Positions 12,300-25,100 of a DNA stretch of 64,000 nucleotides are shown piece after piece. The notes beneath the pieces were generated by a model. It made no database searches and was not told where the DNA came from. It saw only the letters and a list, made by a program, of their open reading frames with translations. The position numbers and the translations under genes were made by a program. The stretch's first letter is position 1; each line of letters starts with the position of its first letter. The stretch spans positions 82,152,001-82,216,000 of the forward strand of contig NC_087437.1 in NCBI RefSeq assembly GCF_036321535.1. Reading direction: 5' to 3'. The DNA comes from Camelus dromedarius. Lineage: Eukaryota.

Positions 12300-13550
12300 C
12301 TCTGATAATTGTCACTTAGAAATATGCTATCCAACTTGAGGAAAATATAGAATCTCCCAAACTGTCTATGATACATGATTCTGGAATCTATATTTACAGA
12401 AGGTATAAAGCTGATAGGAAAGAAATTCCAGATTATTCGAAAAATAATTTAAAAAGTTATATTCTTTACTCTTGGAAGGCTCATAGAAGATAAGTTATTA
12501 TGATCTATTTCCCTAACTGTAAGCCTATCATAGTTTACATATTTAAACTTTTTGAGTCATTTTCTACATTTGTTTCAAATGAATTTCTTCCTAGAACTGA
12601 AAAATCACATAAAATATTTAGAGTGTTATACTATGTGAAATTAAGCATAAGCCAAGTTCATTTTCACTGAGAAGATACTGATTCAAGAAGTTCTTTATTC
12701 CTTTTTCAGTCGAAATTCCTTCTTAAAGGTGACTTTCAAAAAAAAGTGACTTTCAGCTGGTTATTTTTACTAGAAAATGATCATAATATAAGCTTCAGTC
12801 CTGCCTGAATTGATGACCATGTTGAATAAATGTAATTTTTATTCTCACTTGCTGAATCATTGCTCTTGACCACTGAATGAAATCGTTTATTGAATAACCT
12901 TTACATTTTATTGCTTTTGCACCCTAGTTTAAAAATAAAGCTTAATTTTTTTAAAGTTTAATAAAATATTATTTTTGATATTTCCACTATAACTTTACAA
13001 GCAATTCCTCTCCTCTGCCCCATAATAACCACCTTCTGCATTTTTATGATTTAGTTTAACATTATTACTGTAATTTTTTTACTGGCTGAGCCCAATGCCC
13101 TTGGCAGCAAGATTTTGTTACAAAAAATCCAGAAGCAGCTGAGCTCCAGTTAGTTGCAACAATTATAAAGTTTATCTGGATTGAGTTCAGAACCTTAACC
13201 TGACATTACGAATAGAACCCACGTCATGCCTCCTTCTTCAGCTTCTCCAAAATGTGTGATTGGCTTGATTTCTAGAAACTATTGCTTAAATGAGCATGTA
13301 TTTTTTATTCAATAGTTTTGTATTCTAAATATTTTATTTGTTTAACATCTGGCCTTGATGGAATGCAGCCAAAATAATTAGTGATACCCACAGCAAAAAT
13401 CTGATACCTTAGGAAAATCATTACTGTATCTGTGCTTTTCCAGAAACTCTGAATGGATTCATTCTAGGCAGGATGTGGTCATGTGGTATTAGCTGTAGGG
13501 CTAGATGATGTGTTTTTCTTTTTGTTCAAGTGCACCTCCAGCAAGAACAC
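12300..13550 (-). pseudogene. Fossil gene: PX-FERM module 4
   Basis: PX: FVFLLEVHLN vs SNX31 YVLYSVHLD and IHSEFLEKHRYSNDFPK. F1: QNLAAKGIGLSQ*KNY vs SNX27 QAIAAKVGMDSTTVNY. F2: SINDFIQWSRAMIQQVRIK..HQFRQ vs AVTYFFHQAVDDVKKGYIK..YQLQK. F3: SENELGLCL..FQF*EEI. Confidence 0.72.
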
Positions 13551-14399
13551 AAAAATCTGGGGAATCTTAACTATTCATTCTTTAAATTACTAAATAAAAT
13601 TAAATAGACTATAAAAACCATTGTACTATTAAATATTAGGAAACATTGAGTTGTATGTCCAAAAGTCACACTTAAGACCAAGCAATGGTAATAAGCATAA
13701 GATGGCTGTGGATACTATGAGATAATGTCTACTTGTCAGAAATGGATGGTATTTTTTTCCCATCAAAGTTCAAAAGTTAATGATGTACTTTATATTTTAA
13801 TTGTTTCTACTGGGAGATCTATTAAGGAATAAGAGATTCTGGCATGCTGCTACTATTTTTCACTGGTGATACAGACTATATTGCATGTGAATAAAACCGT
13901 ATTTGTTAGATCATGCTCTGTTTCATACATCCTAGATTGTCTTTAGAATTTAGTACATGTCACTTTACTCATCTGAAAGGAATCATTTCTTCATTACAAT
14001 TCATAACTTAAAACTATAAAATATCAGCCAGAAAAAAAAATTGGCCAATTAAGAGAAATTTGATAATGGTAGAAAAGCACATATAGACATGACTGGGAGA
14101 TGATAAGATTATTTTAATTTTCCCATTTGCACTGGAATTATTTATGTTACAAATCTCCAGATCTTTTATTACTTAAAACCCTCTGCTGAATCATGAAAAG
14201 AAGCTTAAGTTAGCAATTTTCCTCTGCAAAATCTAGCCGCTAGCATCTGGTGAACACTTGGATACCTAGTCAGGTCCAATGGAAATGATTATTTTAAGAC
14301 TCTATTCAACATGCCTGGGCTTAAAAATCAGTTAGAATCACACTCTGCACATGTATTTTACTCTCGGGGATTTAAAAACCTGGCATTAGTAACGATGGT

Positions 14400-14483
14400 C
14401 TCCAGGCTTTTGCAGCGGTGGAGATGAGGTTGGGAGACAGGACGGACCCGCAGCCTGCCCGGATACCCTCGTGTGCTCCCGGA

Positions 14484-14514
<31 letters not shown>

Positions 14515-14720
14515 TTCCACCCCCGCCCCCACCGCTGCGCCTGGGGATGACCGGCCGCCAGGCCGCCGCGCCGCGCTCCATCGCTCCTCGCACTTACATT
14601 TAGACTTGGCCCGCCTGCCGACTCGAGGACCAGTGTCCTTGCTTGTGCCTTCCGGTGGCACGCCTGGGGCCGGTTTCTGTCTCTTCACCAGACGCTGCTC
14701 CCTTTCCAGAACAGCTTCTG
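14400..14720. promoter_or_regulatory. Small CpG island with GC box
   Basis: Abrupt GC/CpG-rich patch in very AT-rich flanks, containing ccccgcccc at about 14521. Confidence 0.6.
14482..14514 (+). repeat. (GACAGC)5.5 microsatellite
   Basis: Seen directly in the sequence. Confidence 0.95.
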
Positions 14721-14899
14721 AGGTAGAAAGGAGAATACTTTTACTCAATTGGAAAGACGGCAAGAAGCTGAATTACTATCAAAGTGTATTGTTTTGGAAT
14801 CATAGGAGAAAATTACATAATAGTAATGCATACATACACACTTTAATAAAAAAATGCTATTATTTACTAAAATGTAAGTGCACTTTTAGTAGATATTAG

Positions 14900-15660
14900 C
14901 GATCTTTGTTTGCTGATTAGGAGAGAATAATTTGTTCTGTTTTTATGTATACAAGTATGCACCTCTTTATTTTTATACACATAGTATATATTATGTCCAA
15001 ATAAACTTTTTATTGTATATATTTATTGCTTTCCATGGTTAGATTATGTGCTAGTTTCCCATTAATTTAATTTCCATTAATAGAGATTTCAGATAATTTA
15101 GAAAGGATTTGGACATTTGCTATAGAGGAAGTAAATTTATGAAAAAGTTAATACCTCAGGGAGAAAAGCTACGTTTCTTTAAGAAAACTGAACTCTTCCA
15201 ACAACATATTTCCATCCAATTTGCATACAACAGTATTCCAGTTAGAAATTATTCTCTATTATTTATCAAATCAGATCTTGTAGAGCTTTAACTTGGCAAC
15301 ACTTTTAGGTTTTCGTTTGCGCTTTTGGCGCAATTTAATTAGTTAAATACATTTTATTAATCACCTGTAATTTACACTTTTTACAAATCACATGGGACAT
15401 CGTCCCACTTAAACTAATTTTCAGATTTCTAACCCTGTGTTTTGCATAATAGATACTCTCTAATTTTGGTTTGGTATATTTCAGAGAGACTTGTTTAGGA
15501 AATATTTGTATTTGTTGTTCAAAACAGATTTAAACAGGGAAACTTTAGACATTTAGAAAAATAAAAAAATTTGAAAGCCAGGATTGGTTGAATAGGAAAC
15601 CAGTGCAGAATTGGGTCTCTAACTGGTAACTTCTGCAATGTGATGTAGGTGATATATTCT
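14900..15660 (-). pseudogene. Fossil gene: PX-FERM module 2 (upstream part cut by a MER3-like element)
   Basis: LEI*KLV vs LTIRKWL; VINKMYL..KALQDL vs SNX17 LNLLYAQ..KSLQEK; NGKLAHNL/PWKAI vs EGQLENQVIAFEWDEM; LVYIKTEQIIL vs SNX17 WVTITSPQAIM and SNX31 WFVIYTKQAFL. Confidence 0.65.
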
Positions 15661-15661
15661 A

Positions 15662-15866
15662 GAGCAGTGCTATTCAGTAAGACTTTCTGTGGTAAAGGAA
15701 GTGTTTCCTGTTTGCTCTGTTCAGTGTGGTCACCACTAGCCACATATGGCTGTGGAGCACTTGAAATGTGACTGGTCCAACTGAGGAGCTGAATTTTTAG
15801 TTTTCTTTAACTTTAATTTGGATTTAAATATTCACTTGTGGGTAATGCCTACTGTATTGAAGAGCA
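15662..15866. mobile_element. MER3-like hAT element
   Basis: gcagtgctattcagtaagactttctg..cactagccacatatggct..cacttgaaatgtgact. Confidence 0.8.
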
Positions 15867-16449
15867 TATTTTTAGGGTTTATCTGTTTTCTGTGTTCAAC
15901 AAGAAATGAAGAAGTACTTGGCTGGTCCTAGCTGCTGAAATGTTCACAAGTGTCCCCAGAGCACAAGGCCCAGGCTCTGACATGTGGACTTGGGCCTGAA
16001 GGGTGGATCCAGTTGAACTTTGGCTCGACTTGTGGATATTCAGATGTAAAGTTTGGGTTAACCATAGGTGATTTGAGACCCTCTGTCTCTGGAAAGCCGT
16101 AGGATCCCAAATGATCTCTCTTAATAAATTTCAACGATGGTAAACGCACTCAAGGGGCCACCTTTTCCAGTCCACGGCTTGTGTGGTGTGACCAACAGGT
16201 ATCAGAGACAGATATGGTGGCGATACTCCATGAACACAGTGGCCTCCATGAAGAAGAAAGTCTCCAGGTCAGACTAGATCACAGGAACAGGCTGGTGAAT
16301 ACTTTTGTGCCTCTCCTCAAATCATTCTTTTATAAGTATTCATTGACAACTATGTGTGAGGCACAGTGCTTAGTGTTGGAGATAAAATGTTGAAAAAAAA
16401 TTAGTTACGGCTCCTGCCGCCATGGTGATTAACTGCATTAGGGAATAGG

Positions 16450-17290
16450 ATTTTTTACGATGTGTTCTTCCAAAATTCACTTTTTTTCTGGACATGGTGA
16501 AAATAAAATAGGAGAAAGATACACAGGATAAGTAGAAACACTGAAGATCATGCTATGTGTGTGTTATACATTTATTCATTTGCTTCTCCCTATATAGCTT
16601 TCACAGTTCCATTCTCAGATGACAACACTAGTTTTTGAAATGTTATTGGAAGCAGAGAAAACAACTTGAAGACCTCAGTGTAACTTTTTAGAACATGAGA
16701 TGACCATCAGCATTTAGCATTTATTGAGTTTTTATAATGTATGCTTATAAGGAGTTCTTTCTTCTCTATTAGCCAGAAGAACATCCTTTAAAATAATTAC
16801 TAATTAAATGGGAGGATACCTTTTTTGCTTTGCCATTCAGAACATCTGAAGAAAGAGTGCTAAAATCAGATTTATGAAATTAATCAAATTATTCAATATT
16901 TGAGCATCATTGCAGCAACTGATGGGTACCACTCGTTCGCTACACAGGCCAAATGTAGCTTATTGTATTTCAGTTCTCTTTGAAAGAGTGAACCAGAACT
17001 GTGGCAAAGTTCTAAGCTAGAACTAGTCACACTTCTTTTTTTTTTTCCACCTCCACACAGCAACTGCATAGTTAAATGTATGGTCAACCTGAATTTTTAG
17101 ATGAATTTTCCAGTGTATCACTGATGGAAATTTAAGGATGAAAGGATTAAGAGTTATATTAAATGAATGCAGCCCCAACACATAGTACTTAAAGTGCCTA
17201 AAGACCATAAAGTCATTTCTCCAAATATAGTAACTGATAATTGCCTTGATTCTGTAGACACACACTTTGAAAATAATTTTAAAAAATTAA
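16450..17290 (-). pseudogene. Fossil gene: PX-FERM module 1
   Basis: PX: AIISYYIWRNDFMVFRHFKYYVLGLH..KFPS (9/26 ungapped identities to SNX17) and NYAVAV vs KYMQAV. F1/F2: IILKDVLLANREE vs LTIRKWLFTTEEE. F3: SMIFSVSTYPVYL vs HVITAISITHFKL. Confidence 0.75.
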
Positions 17291-17429
17291 TTACAAAGCA
17301 ATGGAAGAAATCACAAAGAAGAAAAAGGAGATAAGTTAATGCACTTAATAACTAGTTGCTTATTAAAAATGTTATTGACAAAATTAAAAAGTGAAGTGGA
17401 ATTTGTTTATTCCTTAAAATGTTTTATAC

Positions 17430-17923
17430 CTTCTGAAAGTTTGAAAACATGGCCACAAATTCTTTGACCCTCCTCTGTGTTCCCTCCTTTTGAGTCTGGA
17501 AGGGCTTGTGACAGCTTTGACCCAAAGAGCACAGTGGAGGTGACACTATGTAACTTCTGAGGCTGGGTCATAAAAGGCCACGAAGCTGCTGCCTTGTTTC
17601 TGGAATACTGTCATTTAGAGTCCAGAGCCTCCAGTTCAGAATCTGACCAGCCTGAGGCCACCGTGCAAGAGCAGCCACGTTTATATGCTCCAGTTGGCAA
17701 TACCAGCAGAGTTTGGCCTTCCTTCTGTCCCTTCCAGGGCACTAAACATGTGAGTAAGGCCATCTGAGACTCTTCAGGTCAGCCAATCTACAAGGTGAAT
17801 AAGCCATGAGAGATAAAAATCTCCTGGCTGAGACCGGTAAAACTGAGATAAAATAAAATGTATGCTATTTTAAGCCACTGCATTTTGATGTGGCTTATTA
17901 TGCAGCATCAGATAACTGGAGCA
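17430..17923 (+). mobile_element. MaLR solo LTR (MLT1G/H-like) within old L1 fragments (about 17290-18560)
   Basis: atggccacaaattctttgac..gaggctgggtcataaaagg..ttaagccactg..gcagcatcagataactgg. Confidence 0.75.
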
Positions 17924-18610
17924 TGCCCTCTGTATTTGTGATATTTCTACAATAAAAATTTAAAAACTGAATGTAAAGGACACACTGGGAAGTTATTTGC
18001 CAAAAGTGACAAAATCTTAATATCCTTCCTATAGAAAGAGCTCTTGCAAATCACCAAGAAAGAAATACTAACAGCATATTTAAAAATGAGCAATCAAATG
18101 AACATAAAATTCACAAAAGAAAAATAAAAAGGCTAAAAAAGATGTAAAAAACTGTTCAACCTCTTTAGTAAGTAATGGAAATGTGAATTAAACAATGGAA
18201 TTAAAATTCTGGTTATCAAATTGGCAAAGGTGAAAATATAATATTAAATGTCAGTTTGGGTAAAGTGGGAGTATAAACTGCACAACCTTTCCAGAAAACA
18301 AATTAATATTACATGTCCAGAGTTTAAAAAATACCCTATTCTCTGACACTGCTAGGAGTCTAAGAATTCAGTTAATAATCAGAAATGAGATAAAATTGTA
18401 TATAAAATGTTTATCACAGTTCTAGTTATAGGAGCAAAAATACAGAAATGAGCTAATGTCGACCAATACAGTTAAATAAATTATGTATTTTATATTATAG
18501 AATATCAGTTTATTCTTTAGAATTAAAATTTAAAGCTATGTTATTTGTTAATTCTGACCTGGGAACACCATAGTAGAATTGAAAAAACTGATTACATAGA
18601 CCAGGCTTTG

Positions 18611-18772
18611 TTTATTTACTTATTTTTATTTGTTTGTGGGGATTTTTTGGTTTCTCTGGCGGGGGCAAGTAATTAAGTTTATTTATTTATTTTAATGGAG
18701 GTACTGGGGATTGAACCCAGGACCTTATGCATGCTAAGCATGTGCTCTACCACTGAGCTATATCCTCCCCCC
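18611..18772 (-). mobile_element. tRNA-derived SINE, camelid Vic-1-like, inserted in a MIR
   Basis: ttaatggaggtactggggattgaacccaggacc..ctctaccactgagcta with a perfect 14-bp TSD tagaccaggctttg (18597-18610 / 18773-18786). Confidence 0.85.
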
Positions 18773-19139
18773 TAGACCAGGCTTTGAATCTTTGATTTGC
18801 CATTTACTTTTGCTGGAAATTTGGAAACTTGATTTATCTCTGAGTTTTCATGTAAGAAAAATGGGCTAAGTAACTACTCCACTGGATGTAGTAATAAATA
18901 AATAAAATTATGTATACAAAAATAAGCATAACAGTTCCTCAGTAAGTGTTGTCTCTTTTCTTATAATCCAAGAACACCATCTAAGCTCCACATCCAAATT
19001 CAAACTACTTTCTAAATTCACTGAAAGTTCTTCCCTTCTGGCTCCCTCTATGTACCCCTTTCCTCCTTCGTCCAGTCTCTACACCATAGTCAGAGAAATC
19101 TTAAAAACAAAAATAAAAATAAATGAATCAAGTTTTCTT

Positions 19140-21128
<1,989 letters not shown>

Positions 21129-21129
21129 C

Positions 21130-21805
21130 AGATTTTCTTGTTTACAACTCTTCAGTGGTTCCAGTTGCCTTAAAAATGAATCTACTCTTGCTCCAGTCTC
21201 CACGCAGCAGATGGGGGTGAACTTTGGAAAGGTAAGTCAGATCATGCCATTCACCTGCTTAACACCTCAGCTATTGCACCCAGTAGCTCCCCATAGCACT
21301 TGGAACCGACCTAAACTTCTTTTCTGGCTTCCATGCCTCATATGATTCTTACTTTGCCTACCTCCTGGTTTTGCCCCCCTCCCCCTTGGCTTTTATTCCC
21401 CAGCCACACTGGCCTTCTCCTTAGGGAAAACCTCGTGCTGCTCCCCACTTTCAGGCCTTTGTGGTTCCTGTGCCTGGAATGCTTTTTCTCCAGGACCCTG
21501 AATGGCTGGGCCCTTCACCATTTAAATCTCAATTTACGTAGCACTTCCACAGAGAGGTAGGTCTTTCCTAACCATCTAATCTGAAGCCACTCATATTCAT
21601 GTATCTCTAATCTAATTCTCTTTCATCGCACAGTAGCATTTATATATTCCCTACTTCCTCATACATTTCATTCATTCATACTCGGCCTCAGCACCTAACC
21701 CTTCCTCTCTCCCCACTCCTCCTTGAGAGCAGGGAACTTGTTTTGTTCATTGTAACATCTGCTGCAAGGCATATGGTAGGTGTTCCATAAATATTTGCTG
21801 GATGC
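21130..21805 (+). mobile_element. L2 fragment, apparently continuing the L2 piece at about 18970-19128
   Basis: cagatcatgccattcacctgc..ccagccacactggcc..ataaatatttgctggatg. Confidence 0.75.
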
Positions 21806-21889
21806 CTTGCACATACTTTTTGTACTTTTGATTCACAGAATTTAACAGTGCAAAAGAGACAGCATTTGACACCATTAAAAAAAAACCCC

Positions 21890-22150
21890 TCAGACATTGT
21901 AAATTTTATGGGCATTTTTAAAAGCTTTGATGGTTCTAATTAAAATACATTGTTTCCATTTTGAGGGAAAAAACACAGCAAACAAAATCACAACAATGTA
22001 AAATTTTTTCTGGAGTGTGATGAGAGCTCCCATGTCAAATCAGGTACTTTTAAAACTGTACCACCACTCAACAGGCTCCTTGCTCTGAACTGAAGAATGT
22101 ACACCTCCCACCGATATTTTTATTGCTGTTGAACATGTGATTTATTTACT
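21890..22150 (-). pseudogene. Fossil gene: PDZ domain 1 remnant
   Basis: IKISVGGVHSS followed, across frameshifts, by LHCCDFVCCVFSLKMETMYFN/RTIKAFKNA, which fits the generic PDZ pattern LHxGDxILxVNGxxLExxxFxxAVxxLKNA. A candidate acceptor (tttttctcatgaattttag) ends at 22401. Confidence 0.55.
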
Positions 22151-25100
22151 GGATAAGGAACACATTTAGTGAAAGACTCCCCTTTCAGCACTGACTGTGT
22201 TGAAAACAGGGTTTCATTTTTTGTGGCTAGTTTAATATAAACCTCTGGAATGAGGAGATATCTTAATTGCGCCACTGAGTGGATGAGAGTTAAAGCTGTT
22301 TCTCTTGGTGTCATTGACTCTGGAATTGCAGGAACCTTAGTGGTTGGATCTCAATGGCCAGCTATGATCACAGGATTCTACAGTAGTGAGATCTATTTCT
22401 CTAAAATTCATGAGAAAAATCTAAATTGCTATTTATAGATGGGCCACATGATTTCAGAAATGATAATAACATTCAGACACTTGGGCACACGTTTTGACAT
22501 GTGTTTCCACATAGCCTATCCCCACCAGTTTTGAATTTCCCCCACAGAGCAGGCAGGCCACATTCTTATGGTTCTTGAAGGGAAAGAAGTACACGTTTAT
22601 TAAACATGTACTCCTTTGGGCCAGTCTACTTGCTAACTGTATTGTCTGTATAGTCTCATTTAGTCCTTACGACTGTGCAGCAAATGAGTCAAGGCCGTGA
22701 GAAGACTGCCGCTGTTCTCTCACACAATATTGAGGAAGATCAGTGAAGCAGGAATCAGCAAAACAAAGGGACTGCCTGTTCTTATCTCACTGACATTTTC
22801 CCAGTGTGTAGTTTCAAGTTTCTCAAGGGACACTGTATTTTACTGATTCATGGCAATTGTCTGGAGCATGGAAAATGTTCACTGATTTAAAAGTGTTGTT
22901 AAATTTGGCACAAGATTTCATAGGAACTGTACATTTAAGTTGTTTAGAAATGCCAGCACTTTAGAAAAAGACAGTTAGGTGAGGTACCTTGAGGTTCCTG
23001 GAAGCTATTCTTACAGTCTCATGGAGTAGTACATCTGATTTGGTTTCATTAGTAATGTTTGGAGAGCTGGAGGAATGGGTGGGAGGGTCATTTCCCTTTC
23101 TCCACCCATCTGAAGGAACTCCTTTTTCCTCCAGCTGATTTTTACAAAAATTTAGGGTTGTACCGTCTCAGATAAAACTAGGATTGGGAAATTCCATGCC
23201 TACTGAATCAGGGTCAATTCTGAATTAACAACTAAATCCTAATCAATTAGGAGAGAGGGAAAAAAAATCTCCTAAAGTTGTCCTTAGCCACCATTGAAGA
23301 TCTGGATTGTGGACTGGCCTTCTTTTAAATACATTACAGTCAGGCATTCATTTTCCTTTATTTATAAAACCTACATTACGGTCACACAGTTCAAAAGTAT
23401 ACATGATCTGGTAGAAGAAAGGACTGAAAAGATCTAAAGATCTAAAGTATGTCTGAAATTCCTACTGGTTTGGAATAAGGAAGGAGGAAGTGATACTTAT
23501 TGAGGATGTCTTACATGGAAGGCTCTGTGCTAAGTATATTTTATATATATATTAGATCATGTATTTTACATATGTATTAAATCCTTACCATGATTCTACA
23601 GTAAAGTAATTTTCTTATATTTAAGATCGTTTAATAAAATTAAAAAAAAATTAAAATAACTCATTACACACACACACATTTTGAAGATAGCGTTTATCTT
23701 TTTCTCCCCTCTCTCTCCCCAGCACAAAAGCAGCTCATAATTGGTACCTAGAAAATATTTGTTCAATTAAATGAAATGTCACTTCCTGTGCTTTTCCTCA
23801 GGGAAGGGTTTTTATCAGTCATTTTGTCCTTTGACGTAACTTTGAAGCTACTGAGGGCTGAACAGGCTTTGGAAATTTTTAACCCAACTAAGAAACTTGG
23901 ATCGACTTGTCTCTGTCCTCTGGGGTCAGTGAGGAAGTCTGGCATAAAGCAAGGTTGGAGGGAGATTGTGCAAGGGTTGGTAGGAAGGGAAAAATATTAG
24001 TTCTGGTGAAAATGACTTTTGTTCCTTCTGGGTTGTAAACATAAAGAAATGAAAAATCCAAGAGACTGTAAACTTGATAGTCTTCTGTGGAGTGTCTGAA
24101 ATCTGACAGAATATGCTCTGAACTGAGAACACCAGCAAGACTGGGCTTTATACCAGGGAAGGAAGGGTAATAGTGGTGGGAAAGCTCCCAGAGAAATGCA
24201 GTCTTACTTTCTGTGCATCTCAGGCCCTGGCTTATTAGATTTTCCAGTTGTTGATTGGACGCTTTTCCATGATGCTCAATTCCTTATGGTCCCTGACACT
24301 CATGGCTTTGGTGTGCTGCATAGAGGACCCCGGGATGACTCATTGCCAGCTTTGATCAATCCATGGAGTTGATTGATTGATTGATTGATTGAGCGAGCAT
24401 CCAGTCATGCCAGGAACCATCACTATCAAACACAATGTGCATGTGCAGTATTGTGCAAAGCAAATTGAACAGACTCCTTTCCTCACCTCCAGGAGCTCAC
24501 AATAAAAACCAGACAATAGATGTGGTGAACACAATGAGGCAAACAGAGACACAGCTGTATAAACAGAAGTACAACAAATTAGAGAATTTCAGTATGAACT
24601 GTGAGTACAAGTGCTGCTTATGTGCTGGAAATGAGGGGAAATTCTGCAAGTTGCAGAAAACTTGCTGGAGTCTGTGTGAGGGTAAGGAGGGAGAGGGTGA
24701 TGGTAGTGGTGCGTGATGGTAGTGGTGCAATCATCCTGCTTATTTCAGTTAGAAGGGAAACAAGTGTTTCTTTGGAGTTGGGGGAAAGTTGGCTTTTTTT
24801 TCTTCACAAGTATTTACTCTGGAGGCACATGTATTGCTACTGAGGTCTAATTTCTTCTAAGAAATTTAGTTGTAACCGTCAAAAGAATTAAAATAAAAAG
24901 TATTAAGCAGGGCATAGCCTGCCAGAGATTTCATAAGCCTTCTTTCCACTGGAAATGAGGCTAGAAAGAAAATAAAAACCAGAATGTATTATAACTGTAC
25001 ATTCCACTTACAACCAACTAACATATGCCAATTGATTTTCCAAGGAAATTATTACTTTGGGTGAGTTTTTTTTTTTAATAAAGGGCAACATTTTTGCCAT

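Larger units (their letters stand above)
13600..14890 (-). pseudogene. Fossil gene: PX-FERM module 3
   Basis: PX: LPSFQLSKSILLSTSEAVLEREQRLVK (14763-14680) vs SNX17 LPAFPPKKLFSLTPAEVEQRREQLEK. F1: LQRKIANLSF vs FVRKLAPNEF. F2: IILSSPSHVYMCFSTIIKFLLIGQF and MY*ILKTI vs MYLNMLRTC. F3: FEL*WEK. Confidence 0.7.

Noticed and set aside
14372..14899. Overlapping ORFs of 61-142 aa at the CpG island
   Set aside because: They arise from stop-poor GC-rich sequence and a hexamer repeat. Only the start of ORF 14386-14763 has homology, as a PX remnant.
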